Shown here piece by piece: positions 1 through 8,856 of a stretch of DNA of 64,000 bases. Location: NCBI GenBank assembly GCA_041577295.1, contig JBFGJG010000003.1, forward strand, positions 145,069 through 209,068. Direction: 5' to 3'. The notes under the pieces are model-generated. The model made no database searches. It worked only from the letters and a program-made list of their open reading frames with translations, and was not told where the DNA came from. The first letter of the stretch is position 1; the number at the start of each line of letters is the position of its first letter. The position numbers were made by a program, and so were the translations under genes. This DNA comes from Gemmatimonadales bacterium (GTDB lineage: Bacteria > Gemmatimonadota > Gemmatimonadetes > Gemmatimonadales > GWC2-71-9).

Positions 1-284
1 AAAAGAATGGGATACTTGGTTCGCACGACCTTGGACCGTTCGAGGGCCGACTCGCGCGTCGCGGCTCCGATGCGCAGCGTTCCGTCGGATTCATGGATGT
101 ACTCGAGACCGGGGATGCGGCCGATATCCACCAGGTGCTCGACACTACCCAAGCGGAGCTTGAGCAGGGGGAGCAGGCTCTGCCCACCGGACAGGACCTT
201 GGCGCTTCCTCCCAACTCGTTGAGGAGAGCCAACGCATCTGCCATGCTGCTCGGGGCGTGATAATCGAATGGCGCAGGGATCAC
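1..284 (-). CDS. coxM: Carbon monoxide dehydrogenase / xanthine dehydrogenase family medium (FAD-binding) subunit, partial (runs off window start)
   Basis: Not in the ORF track. Manual translation from GTG at 284: MIPAPFDYHAPSSMADALALLNELGGSAKVLSGGQSLLPLLKLRLGSVEHLVDIGRIPGL..., the typical CoxM/CutM N-terminus with GGQSL. AGGAG RBS upstream; lies directly downstream of coxD/coxE. Confidence 0.88.
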   Translation of the reverse strand, partial: MIPAPFDYHAPSSMADALALLNELGGSAKVLSGGQSLLPLLKLRLGSVEHLVDIGRIPGLEYIHESDGTLRIGAATRESALERSKVVRTKYPIL

Positions 285-352
285 CGAGGCTCCTTTTCTG
301 GCCTGACGCATCGCGTCGGGCCTGTGAAGGCGGCCTCGCCGGCACCGAGGAC

Positions 353-1492
353 TCAGCTGTTGGCCAAGATCGGCAGCAGCTTTTCCAAGGCGTCTAACGT
401 GTGTGCCGGCGCGAAATGGTCGACAAATGGGAGCGCCGCCTGCATTCCCCGGGCGGTTGGCTGGTAGCGGGAATCCCCCAGGAGGGGATTGAGCCAGATG
501 ACCGCACGTGCGCGAGTGGAGATAGCACGCATGGCTCCGACCAAGCGCACCGTCTCGCCAGTGTCGAGTCCATCGCTCACGATCACCACGACGGTCTTGC
601 CCGTGACCACCTGATTTTGGTGCACGGTCACGAACTCCGCTAGGCTATCACCGATCCGCGTCCCACCGGACCAGTCCGGCACTTCTTTGGCAAGCCGGTC
701 GAGCGTCGCCGCGACTCGACCAGGGGCGATCATGCGTGTAATGCGGGTCAACCCGGTATTGAACACGAAGACCTCGGTGCGGCGGACCACCCGCCTGACG
801 GCCAGCAGCAGAGTCAGCAAGAATCTCGTGTAGGGATCCATCGAGCCGCTGGTGTCGCAGAGCAGCACGAGATCGACGTCTTTCAGGGAACGATCGCGTC
901 GCGCCAGTGGATAGAGATCACCTTCGGATGCGACGGCGCGGCGAAAACTGCGTCGAAGATCGACTTTGCCACCTCGACGAACGGGAACGTACCGGCGGCT
1001 CTGGCGAGTCGCCAGCCGCGCCACCGCCATCGCGAGGAGCCGCTCCATCGCCGCGAGGTCGGCGGCAGTGCACTCCTCAAACGGTCGGCGGCGCAACACG
1101 GCCTCTGGGCTGTAGCCCGGTGTGTCGCCTTCGGGGTGGTCGGGAGATTCCTGCGAGGCACCGAGCTGCACTCGCCGACCATCCCACACCCAGCGAGGCG
1201 GCCCGCGACGGTCCGCCGGATTCGGCTGACTTGGCGGCTCGGATTCCGGCGGGTCCGTCGGGGCGGCACTCCACAGCCGGGCAAACTCCTCCTCGAACAC
1301 TGCCCGGTCACGCGGCCGGATCTTCAGGGTGACTTCGAGGGCACGTTGGACCTCTCGACGATCGAGCAAATCCACGAGGGGCATGGCCCGCGTGGCGTCG
1401 AGCTCGTCTTTGAGCGTGACGGCGATTCCCCGTTTGCGCAGAGCCCCACTAAACCGAGCCAGGTGGAGCACGAGGTCTCCCTCAACCATCAC
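353..1492 (-). CDS. coxE: CoxE-like VWA domain protein
   Basis: VWA MIDAS motif DTSGSM, WSGGTRIG, VSDGLD, WLNPL, GMQAALP; overlaps the coxD stop. Confidence 0.9.
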   Translation of the reverse strand: MMVEGDLVLHLARFSGALRKRGIAVTLKDELDATRAMPLVDLLDRREVQRALEVTLKIRPRDRAVFEEEFARLWSAAPTDPPESEPPSQPNPADRRGPPRWVWDGRRVQLGASQESPDHPEGDTPGYSPEAVLRRRPFEECTAADLAAMERLLAMAVARLATRQSRRYVPVRRGGKVDLRRSFRRAVASEGDLYPLARRDRSLKDVDLVLLCDTSGSMDPYTRFLLTLLLAVRRVVRRTEVFVFNTGLTRITRMIAPGRVAATLDRLAKEVPDWSGGTRIGDSLAEFVTVHQNQVVTGKTVVVIVSDGLDTGETVRLVGAMRAISTRARAVIWLNPLLGDSRYQPTARGMQAALPFVDHFAPAHTLDALEKLLPILANS

Positions 1493-2385
1493 GGGCCAGA
1501 CTCGACGCCCTCCGCTGCCGCCACGAGGGCTTGCAGACCCTCTTTGTGCGTCTCACGCAGATCGTGCTCATCCTTCAAGAAGCAACCGAGGGTTTCTGCG
1601 ACGATCGTCGGATCGAGATGCTCGCAGTGCAGTTGGACGAGCGCCTGAGCCCAATCGATCGTCTCCGCGACGCCGGGGATCTTTCGCAGGTGGCGCTTGC
1701 GCAGCGCCTGCATGAAGCGCCCGATCTGTTCGGCGAGCTGCTGACTCACCCCAGGGACTTTGCTGCGGAGGATGCGCACCTCTTTCTCGAGAGTGGGATG
1801 CTCGATATAGAGGTAGAGACACCGCCGTCGCAGGGCATCGCCGATCTCGCGCGTGGCATTGGACGTGAGCACAACGTACGGGATGTGCACGGCAGTGATC
1901 GCTCCCAGCTCGGGTATCGTGACTTGGAAGTCCGAGAGGACCTCGAGTAGAAAGGCTTCGAACCCGTCGTCCGCCCGATCGACCTCGTCTACCAGCAGAA
2001 CGGCCGGTCCGTCCTCGTGCGTAATGGCCTGCAGCAGGGGACGCTCGAGTAAGTACTCCCGACCGAAGATGGTGTCCTCGAGCGTTGCCGGATCTTGGCC
2101 GTCGAGCTCGGCAATCTTGAGCCGTAAGAGCTGTCGCTGATAGTTCCACTCATACAGCGCTGTGTGCACGTCGAGGCCTTCGTAACACTGCAAGCGGATC
2201 AACTCACAGCCCACCATCGAGGCCATCACTTTGGCAATCTCCGTCTTCCCCACACCGGCCTCTCCCTCGACCAGCAGGGGTTTCTTCATTTCCCGCGCCA
2301 AGTACACGGCGGTCGCGATCGCGGGCTCGGCGACGTAGCCCGCTCGCTCCATCGCGTGTTGGAGGGCCTTGATCTCCGCCTTCAT
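1489..2385 (-). CDS. coxD: CoxD-like MoxR AAA+ ATPase
   Basis: Walker A GEAGVGKT, RLQCYEGLD, YEWNY, Walker B LLVDEVD, DALRRRC. Start trimmed to ATG 2385, which overlaps the upstream stop. Confidence 0.9.
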   Translation of the reverse strand: MKAEIKALQHAMERAGYVAEPAIATAVYLAREMKKPLLVEGEAGVGKTEIAKVMASMVGCELIRLQCYEGLDVHTALYEWNYQRQLLRLKIAELDGQDPATLEDTIFGREYLLERPLLQAITHEDGPAVLLVDEVDRADDGFEAFLLEVLSDFQVTIPELGAITAVHIPYVVLTSNATREIGDALRRRCLYLYIEHPTLEKEVRILRSKVPGVSQQLAEQIGRFMQALRKRHLRKIPGVAETIDWAQALVQLHCEHLDPTIVAETLGCFLKDEHDLRETHKEGLQALVAAAEGVESGP

Positions 2386-3332
2386 GAACCGCTTCCCTTG
2401 TTGCCAGCCGTCACGTAGCTCGCTGGATGCGCGAGAAACTGCTCGCGGCACGCTGCGCAGCAGAAGTAGTACGACTGGCGATCGAAGTCGGCGACGTGTC
2501 GTGCGCCGCTTGTCTGTACCACCATGCCGCACACCGGGTCCCGTGCCTCGTGCCGATCCGTCGGAACGGCGCTCGCATCATCATCGCGGCTCCCCACCCG
2601 ACGTACCTCGCGCACGACTTCGGCGAGGATGCTGACGGCGATCTCTTCAGGCGTCCTCGCGCCAATGTCGAGACCCGCTGGGCTGTGAATCCGCGCGATC
2701 GCCTGCCGTGAGACTCCGCGGGCCGTGAGGGCGTCGCACATCTGTGCGAACCGCTGACGGCTGGCCACCAATCCCAGGTATCTAGGCGCGAGGCCGAGCG
2801 CGGTCTCGAGGGCCGCCTCATCGAAGGCACCGTACGTGGCAACCACGACATCGATCGGCTCCCCCGCGCCTCGTGGCTGGGGAGCCTGCGCCACGCGATC
2901 GGCGTCGCGATCACACACCTCTACTCGGTAGTTCATCGCTCGGGCGATCTTCGCCAAGGCGAGCGCCACGGGTGAGGCACCAAAGATGGTGAGGCGCGGC
3001 GCAGGGATGACCGGCTCGATATAAATGTCCACGGCTCCTCCGCTGTGGCAGGTCATCGGGTGCACCGTCACGCCCTGGGCTTCGGATGGATCGGGCGAAA
3101 GGCGAATGAGACGTGGCTGGCCGTCCGCCATGGCGTCCTGCGCCTCGCGTACGACAGTCGCCTGGATACAGGTCCCGCCGAGCCATCCGTGGAACGCACC
3201 ATCCATGGTGATGAGTGCAACATCACCGACGTTCGCCGAACTCGGTGGCTCACGCCGCACCACGTGCGCGATGACAAATTGCTCACCGCCGTTGCCGAGC
3301 TTCGCCGCGAGCGTAAGGACGTCAGCGTACAT
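2382..3332 (-). CDS. XdhC/CoxF family Moco chaperone with C-terminal YHS domain
   Basis: GWLGGTC, MTCHSGG, PAGLDIGARTPEEIAVSILAE, then YHS-type DPVCGM...YYFCCAAC. Start trimmed to ATG 3332. Confidence 0.85.
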   Translation of the reverse strand: MYADVLTLAAKLGNGGEQFVIAHVVRREPPSSANVGDVALITMDGAFHGWLGGTCIQATVVREAQDAMADGQPRLIRLSPDPSEAQGVTVHPMTCHSGGAVDIYIEPVIPAPRLTIFGASPVALALAKIARAMNYRVEVCDRDADRVAQAPQPRGAGEPIDVVVATYGAFDEAALETALGLAPRYLGLVASRQRFAQMCDALTARGVSRQAIARIHSPAGLDIGARTPEEIAVSILAEVVREVRRVGSRDDDASAVPTDRHEARDPVCGMVVQTSGARHVADFDRQSYYFCCAACREQFLAHPASYVTAGNKGSGS

Positions 3333-3349
3333 GGGACGTCGCGGCCGGT

Positions 3350-3961
3350 CTACGGCTGAGCAACCCGGCTCCGCACGCGCTCGTAGTCGGCGGGCTCGTC
3401 CAGATCGGTCAGCAGCTCGCTTGGCCACTGGAGCACGGCGGCGCGCTCTCGGTTGCTCTGGATCACTCGTTTTCCGCACCCATCGCCATCTGGCGCGCCA
3501 AGCTGCCCGAAGAGTGTACGATCGTAAAGGGTGGGCGGTGCGGTCACTCCGTCAAACTCGCTCACCACCAACGGCAACGCCGTCGAACGGTAGCGCTCCA
3601 CCAGCGCCGCGTACATCTCGGAGGTGATCAGGGGCATGTCTGCCAGAATGACGACCACCGCCGGCGTGCTCTCTGGGAGCGCTTCCATCCCGACCCACAG
3701 CGACCGATTCACCCCTCGCTCCGGCTGGTCGTTGCGCACGGTGTGACATGCGAGATCCGCGAGCACCGGGACGATCCGTTCGGCTTCGTGACCAACGACC
3801 ACGATGACCGGATCGAGCCCCGCAGCAATCGCCTGTCGAACCGCGCGGTGCACCACCACCTCACCACCCAAGTCGAGAAGCAGCTTGTTCCGACCCATGC
3901 GGGTAGAGGTTCCGGCGGCCAACACTAAACCGGCCACGGGGAGCGTCCGCTCATCCGGCAT
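3350..3961 (-). CDS. mocA: Molybdenum cofactor cytidylyltransferase (MocA-like NTP transferase)
   Basis: LAAGTSTRMGRNKLLL, LADMP, GDGCG, DLDEPADY; sits among xdhC/cox genes. Confidence 0.85.
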   Translation of the reverse strand: MPDERTLPVAGLVLAAGTSTRMGRNKLLLDLGGEVVVHRAVRQAIAAGLDPVIVVVGHEAERIVPVLADLACHTVRNDQPERGVNRSLWVGMEALPESTPAVVVILADMPLITSEMYAALVERYRSTALPLVVSEFDGVTAPPTLYDRTLFGQLGAPDGDGCGKRVIQSNRERAAVLQWPSELLTDLDEPADYERVRSRVAQP

Positions 3962-5036
3962 GGATCGCTCCGCCTCGATTTCGCAGATGTTGTCCGCCTC
4001 GTCCCGTGTGAACCGCGAGCAGCTCCGCGACGATGCTCAGCGCCACCTGTTCCGGTCCGTCCGCCCCCACGTCGATGCCGACCGGTCCATACACGCGTTC
4101 GGTACGCTGGCCGCCAGCCCACTGCACGATCTCTCCGGTCCGCTCGCGCGGTCCCAGCACGCCGACGTACCCAATGGCAGATGCGAGCAACCGCTTCACC
4201 CATTCGCGATCGTGAATGAGCGAGTGATTCATGACGACCGCGTAGGAGTGTGCGTGAAGGGGCAGTCCAGCAAGATCGTCCTCGGAATGCAACCGCTCCA
4301 GCCGCAACGCACTCGGAAAACGATCGCTCGACAGATACGCCGGTCGGTGATCGACGACGATGACGCGAAATCCCATCTGGGCGGCGAGACTCACCAACGG
4401 CATCGCATCGTCGCCGGCGCCTACCACGAGCAACCACGGCGGCGGAACGAAAGTGTCGGTGAACAGCCGATGTTCGCCGAGGTCCTGCACGTTGGATTGC
4501 CCGTTCCCGATGGAAATCCGCGCGGCGTCGATCGCGAGCGTGTCCAGGAGGGCGCTGCCGGTGGACTCCACGTGGGCGCGCTGGGTGGTGACGAGGGCAC
4601 CACCATGGTGGCTCGGCCCGTCGATGACCGTCGTTACCGCAAACGGGGCGTCTTGGCTCAGCAACTCGGCGAGTTGGCGCACCAGCGCGAGCTTCTCGGG
4701 GGTGGAAAATGGCTGGATGAACACGTCGACCGAGCCGTTGCACCCGAGGCCCAGTCCCCAGACGGTGTGTTCATCCGTCCCGGTGTCGTAGTGGCGCAAC
4801 CGGGGCTTGTTCTCGCGCAGCACCTGTAGCGCCACCTCACGCACATCCGCTTCCAAACACCCGCCGCTCACCCCGCCGAGCGTGGACCCGCCGGTTTCGA
4901 TGAGCAACTTGGCCCCGGGTCGCCGATAAGCGGAACCGTCGATGCGAACGACCGTCGCCAAGGCGGCCTCCCCACCGGCTGCGGCGAGGGCGAGCACGCG
5001 CTTGACAATCGTGGTTGTCTCGTGCCAATGCTTCAC
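3951..5036 (-). CDS. xdhC: XdhC family accessory protein
   Basis: GSAYRRPGAK, GGVSGGCLE, GLGCNG, YVGVLGP, GPVGIDVGADGPEQVALSIVAE. Confidence 0.88.
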   Translation of the reverse strand: MKHWHETTTIVKRVLALAAAGGEAALATVVRIDGSAYRRPGAKLLIETGGSTLGGVSGGCLEADVREVALQVLRENKPRLRHYDTGTDEHTVWGLGLGCNGSVDVFIQPFSTPEKLALVRQLAELLSQDAPFAVTTVIDGPSHHGGALVTTQRAHVESTGSALLDTLAIDAARISIGNGQSNVQDLGEHRLFTDTFVPPPWLLVVGAGDDAMPLVSLAAQMGFRVIVVDHRPAYLSSDRFPSALRLERLHSEDDLAGLPLHAHSYAVVMNHSLIHDREWVKRLLASAIGYVGVLGPRERTGEIVQWAGGQRTERVYGPVGIDVGADGPEQVALSIVAELLAVHTGRGGQHLRNRGGAIHAG

Positions 5037-5376
5037 TAGGGTCTCCCGAGCAAGGTTACCCGGGCCCGGCGTGGACCGTCAACCGGTTCGACAGTCGCAC
5101 ACCGCGCATCGCGTCGCGACACGGGTTACCCAAAAAACGTGATATACGGCGGATTTCATGGTAGCGATCTTGCAGACACGTTGACGCGGTGCTAATGGTG
5201 CTATTGTGGCAAGCCGATATGAATAAATGACGGGAGGCATGGCAGGTTGTGTGGACCTTGGGACATCTTCATGGACACAGGGACACCGTAAGATGCCGTG
5301 CCACGCCGCCACAACACAGCTTAAGCCGTTGAAGGACATGACGTTGGAGTGGGTAAACGCGGGGTGAGTGGAACCT

Positions 5377-5391
5377 TGGCACGCTTTTGGC
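5377..5391 (+). promoter_or_regulatory. Putative sigma54 (-24/-12) promoter
   Basis: TGGCACGCTTTTGGC gives GG-N10-GC with a perfect TGGCACG -24 box, about 60 nt upstream of the 5449 ORF. Confidence 0.55.
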
Positions 5392-5448
5392 GATTTACTG
5401 GGGTGGACATAGTGCTCGCGGTGAGCACTACCTGATTTGGAGCTGGCA

Positions 5449-5925
5449 ATGACTGGGTGCGTGGAAAGCCAAAGCTCGCTGCTGTATAAAGAGCTCGACG
5501 AGACGATCGACCGACTCGTTCCCGTCGTGGAGGAGATGTTCCAGCGGTTCGGAACGAGCGATCAAATCAGTAGCGAGCCACACGGTGCTGGGGTGATGGT
5601 CACCCTGCCAATGTCCTTCCCTGACGGTATCGGTCGGGGTGAGATTGTTGCCCGGCTGTTCCGCTATCGGGACGCGGTGCGCTTGGATGTGGAGATCGAT
5701 CACAACCGGGTGTTCACAGAGCCTGATGGGTCGGCGTCGGACCGGCGCTGCTTCTTCAACGATTTCGTCGCGTCGGTTCGTTTGGATGCTGGCAGCGACA
5801 GCATCCCGATGGACTTCAAGCGACGCGTAATCGCGGGAATCAACGCCGCACGGGACGCGGTACAGCGATACAACCGTGCTCACCCTGAGCCGTGGAACGA
5901 AGTCAAGGTGGTCGCTGCGCGCTGA
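5449..5925 (+). CDS. Hypothetical protein
   Basis: Natural-looking 158-aa ORF filling the gap; GGAG RBS before ATG 5449; followed by a terminator. Confidence 0.75.
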   Translation: MTGCVESQSSLLYKELDETIDRLVPVVEEMFQRFGTSDQISSEPHGAGVMVTLPMSFPDGIGRGEIVARLFRYRDAVRLDVEIDHNRVFTEPDGSASDRRCFFNDFVASVRLDAGSDSIPMDFKRRVIAGINAARDAVQRYNRAHPEPWNEVKVVAAR

Positions 5926-5947
5926 CCAAACCAATGTGGCAATATCC

Positions 5948-5982
5948 AGGGACGGTGATGAAATCACCGTCCCTTTTTCTTT
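5948..5982 (+). terminator. Rho-independent terminator
   Basis: AGGGACGGTGAT-gaa-ATCACCGTCCCT followed by TTTTCTTT. Confidence 0.85.
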
Positions 5983-5988
5983 CAGCGG

Positions 5989-6930
5989 CTATTTGGTCAC
6001 CTCAACCGCCACTGCTGCCCAGGAGCCCTCTGGGTGCAGCGTGTACCGCGCGTCGCCGATCCACACGAGAAACTCCTCCCCCAGGTCCTCCACCTGGTAA
6101 TACGGAAACCGAGCCCAAGCGAGAAACCGCCGTACCCGCGGGCCACGGGTTGCTGCCGTAACGGCGTAGTGCGACGGGAACCGATCGAGGACGAGGCTGT
6201 CGATCTCGAGCCGTGGGGCGGGAAGCCAGCGCAGGGAACCGGTTCGATAGTGACGGCCGTCGTCCACCACGACATACCGGGTGAATGGCGAAACGGGCAC
6301 GGGACCCACCATGATCCGCAGCGGCTGTACGTCACCGCCCTGCGTGAGCGTGGCGTGAACGATTCGACGTCCGAGTACGTTGGAGGCCGCCATTCCAGCG
6401 ACGTAGAGTCCCATCAGACCAAGCGCGATCAACGCCGGGCGTCCGGTTGCCGTGTCACCGGATCGACGGCGGCGAGACGCCAGCCATACGCCGGCCGACA
6501 GGACACCCCATACCCACGGATCGACAATGAACAACGTGTCACCGTAGAACCACCGCGATGAGAACGGCATGAGCCACCGCATCCCATACACGTTGAGCGA
6601 GTCGAGCACCGGGTGGCTCAGGACCGCCAGCCCGGCCAGCAGGAGGATCTGGCGGGCTCGTACCGGCCGCGATCCTCCACTCCGGGCGAATCGAGCCCAC
6701 AGCAGCATGACTCCCGTCAAGAGCAGGGGAAGCACCAGCAGCCCCAACACACCGTGAGTGGCACCCCGGCGGAACCAGAGGGCGTGCGTTGCGCTCCATG
6801 CGTACGCCAGTACATCGATGTCCGGGAGATTGACGCCGATCAGCAGGGTGGCGGTGCCAAGCGCCGTGCGATCCGCTAAGCCACTGCGTGCCAACGTGGC
6901 ACCTACGAGTGTATGAGTGACCGGATCCAC
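5989..6930 (-). CDS. Membrane-bound metal-dependent hydrolase (YdjM-like)
   Basis: Starts MDPVTHTLVG (GTG 6930); NLPDID, RRGATHG, SHPVLDSLNVYG motifs; several TM segments. Confidence 0.85.
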   Translation of the reverse strand: MDPVTHTLVGATLARSGLADRTALGTATLLIGVNLPDIDVLAYAWSATHALWFRRGATHGVLGLLVLPLLLTGVMLLWARFARSGGSRPVRARQILLLAGLAVLSHPVLDSLNVYGMRWLMPFSSRWFYGDTLFIVDPWVWGVLSAGVWLASRRRRSGDTATGRPALIALGLMGLYVAGMAASNVLGRRIVHATLTQGGDVQPLRIMVGPVPVSPFTRYVVVDDGRHYRTGSLRWLPAPRLEIDSLVLDRFPSHYAVTAATRGPRVRRFLAWARFPYYQVEDLGEEFLVWIGDARYTLHPEGSWAAVAVEVTK

Positions 6931-6937
6931 GCGACCG

Positions 6938-7291
6938 TCAATCAGCCGGAGGATCCAACGGGTCGTCCTCCCTACGGACTTCCGTGCAACGCGGGCACGG
7001 ACAGATGGCCCGAAGATACTCGTAGGTGTAGATCCCAGTGTTGTGGCCGTCACTCCACTCGATACGGATGGCGTAGCTGCCAACGAGCCCAATTGCCAAC
7101 GGCTTGAGGTCCGGCGGAACTGTGGAAGGATTGAGCAGTGGCGCGCCGGTCATCTCCTCCCGACAGACGGCGCAGTGACAGCCGAGTCGCAGTTCACGCG
7201 CGGGATAGTGGCTCACGTGATCACTCGACCACGTGATGACCACCTCCCGCTCGCCGCGGTGGATGCGCTCGGGGATGGGAATCTCGTTCAC
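6938..7291 (-). CDS. DUF971 / gamma-butyrobetaine hydroxylase-like N-terminal domain protein
   Basis: LRLGCHCAVC...VGSYAIRIEWSDGHNTGIYTYEYLR. GTG 7291 overlaps the osmC stop (GTGA). Confidence 0.85.
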   Translation of the reverse strand: MNEIPIPERIHRGEREVVITWSSDHVSHYPARELRLGCHCAVCREEMTGAPLLNPSTVPPDLKPLAIGLVGSYAIRIEWSDGHNTGIYTYEYLRAICPCPRCTEVRREDDPLDPPAD

Positions 7292-7719
7292 GACTCCAGC
7301 TTGGCTTCCAACTCGAGCTTTACGCCTTGCTTGAGCGCCTTGGAAACGGGACAGTTGTTCTTCGCGTCTTCCGCTGCCTTGGCAAACGCACCTGCGTCCA
7401 TCCCTGGTACCTTGGCTCGCACTTGGAGGCGCATCGTTGTGATCTTTGGGGCACCCTCCACCATATCGAGGGTGCAGGCCGCATCGACCGTCACGCGCTC
7501 CGGTGTCTTTCCGGCTTTCTCGAGCGCGGCCGAAAGCGCCATGCTCAAACACGAAGCGTGTGCGGCCGCAATGAGTTCCTCGGGAGTAGTGCCTCTCGCA
7601 CCCTCGAATCGCGTCGCAAACGTGTACTCGCCCGCAAACGCACCCGAGCCGGCTTTGAAGTGGCCTCTGCCGGATTTCAAACCACTGGTCCACGTTGCCG
7701 ATGCCTTACTCGTCGTCAT
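7288..7719 (-). CDS. osmC: OsmC family peroxiredoxin
   Basis: ASATWTSGLKSGRG, TRFE, TPEELIAAAHASC, AKNNCPVSKAL; start ATG 7719. Confidence 0.92.
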   Translation of the reverse strand: MTTSKASATWTSGLKSGRGHFKAGSGAFAGEYTFATRFEGARGTTPEELIAAAHASCLSMALSAALEKAGKTPERVTVDAACTLDMVEGAPKITTMRLQVRAKVPGMDAGAFAKAAEDAKNNCPVSKALKQGVKLELEAKLES

Positions 7720-8777
7720 GAGGTCTCCTTGGTCGAAGGATTTGACCCGCGCGGGGTTCGTGCCACGCGGTCGGGGATATGGTGCAACTTCAACGCGAGG
7801 AATTGTCCCGCCTGCCGCTCCGCCCAGAACGCTGGAGCCCATGGGGGACCGCCCACGAATCCCACGTGACCCCCGTGCGGTGTGATGCATCCCGTGAGAT
7901 GGGGATTGTCCCGGACCGCCGCGGACGGCACGGCGCTCCGGGGAAGAAAGGGATCGTCTCGTGAATGAATGATGAGCGTGGGAATACCGACGCCGGTGAG
8001 AAATTGACCGCTGCTCGATCGGCGATAGTAGTCCTCGGCGTCTTGGAACCCATGCAACACAGCAGTGGCAGCGTCATCGAATTCCCGAAAGGTCCGAGCG
8101 CCGAGTACCCGCCCAAGATCGACGTGATCGCGCATCAGGTCGATTTTCGCGCGGACTTTTCCCTGCAACCGCTTGAGGAGGTACTGGCGATAGACTCGTG
8201 AGAAGCCGCGCTCCAAGTAATCGGCGCCGCGGGAGAGGTCGAACGGGACAGAAATGGCGGCGGCGGCCTGCAAAGGGGCCGAGGTGATGCCGGCGCCCGC
8301 ACCCCGCTCGCCGAGGTACTTGAGCAGCACGTTCCCACCGAGGGAGAACCCCACCGCTCCCAATCGGCGGCGCGGGAATCTGGACCGCAGCATCGTCAGC
8401 ACATGCGCGATGTCGCCCGTGTCACCCGAGTGATACAGCCGCGGCAACCGGTTCGGCTCGCCGCTGCACGAGCGAAAGTTCATCCCGACGGCCGCAACGT
8501 CGTGACGTATCAGGACACGATAGATCTCGAGCGCGTACGTCGATTGCGCGCATCCTTCCAGACCGTGCAGCATCACCACCAACGGCGTGTCTGATCGCGC
8601 CGTCACATCACCGACCGCCCCGACCCAGTCCAAATCGAGGAAGTCGCCGTCCGGCAACTCGACACGCTCCCGTGTGAATTTCACCCCTCCGCCCCGCCGC
8701 AGCATTCGCGCACCCAGCGTCTGGGCGTGGCTGCCCGGTAACCACCACGCGGGCCGAAATGTCTCGAGGTTCGTCAT
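7716..8777 (-). CDS. YheT-like alpha/beta hydrolase
   Basis: WWLPGSHAQT, LPDGDFLDLDW, HGLEG, nucleophile GFSLGG, DDPF, GGHVGF; start ATG 8777. Confidence 0.9.
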   Translation of the reverse strand: MTNLETFRPAWWLPGSHAQTLGARMLRRGGGVKFTRERVELPDGDFLDLDWVGAVGDVTARSDTPLVVMLHGLEGCAQSTYALEIYRVLIRHDVAAVGMNFRSCSGEPNRLPRLYHSGDTGDIAHVLTMLRSRFPRRRLGAVGFSLGGNVLLKYLGERGAGAGITSAPLQAAAAISVPFDLSRGADYLERGFSRVYRQYLLKRLQGKVRAKIDLMRDHVDLGRVLGARTFREFDDAATAVLHGFQDAEDYYRRSSSGQFLTGVGIPTLIIHSRDDPFLPRSAVPSAAVRDNPHLTGCITPHGGHVGFVGGPPWAPAFWAERQAGQFLALKLHHIPDRVARTPRGSNPSTKETS

Positions 8778-8856
8778 GTGGCCGAAATAATAACCCGCGG
8801 GGGACGGTTGCGGCGCGGCCCCAGACCGCCGGGACCTTGCGTTACCTTTCGCCGCC

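Noticed and set aside
5136..5168. ModE-like box (CGTGATATA...TAGCGAT) upstream of xdhC
   Set aside because: The right half-site and spacing deviate from the ModE consensus; could be chance.
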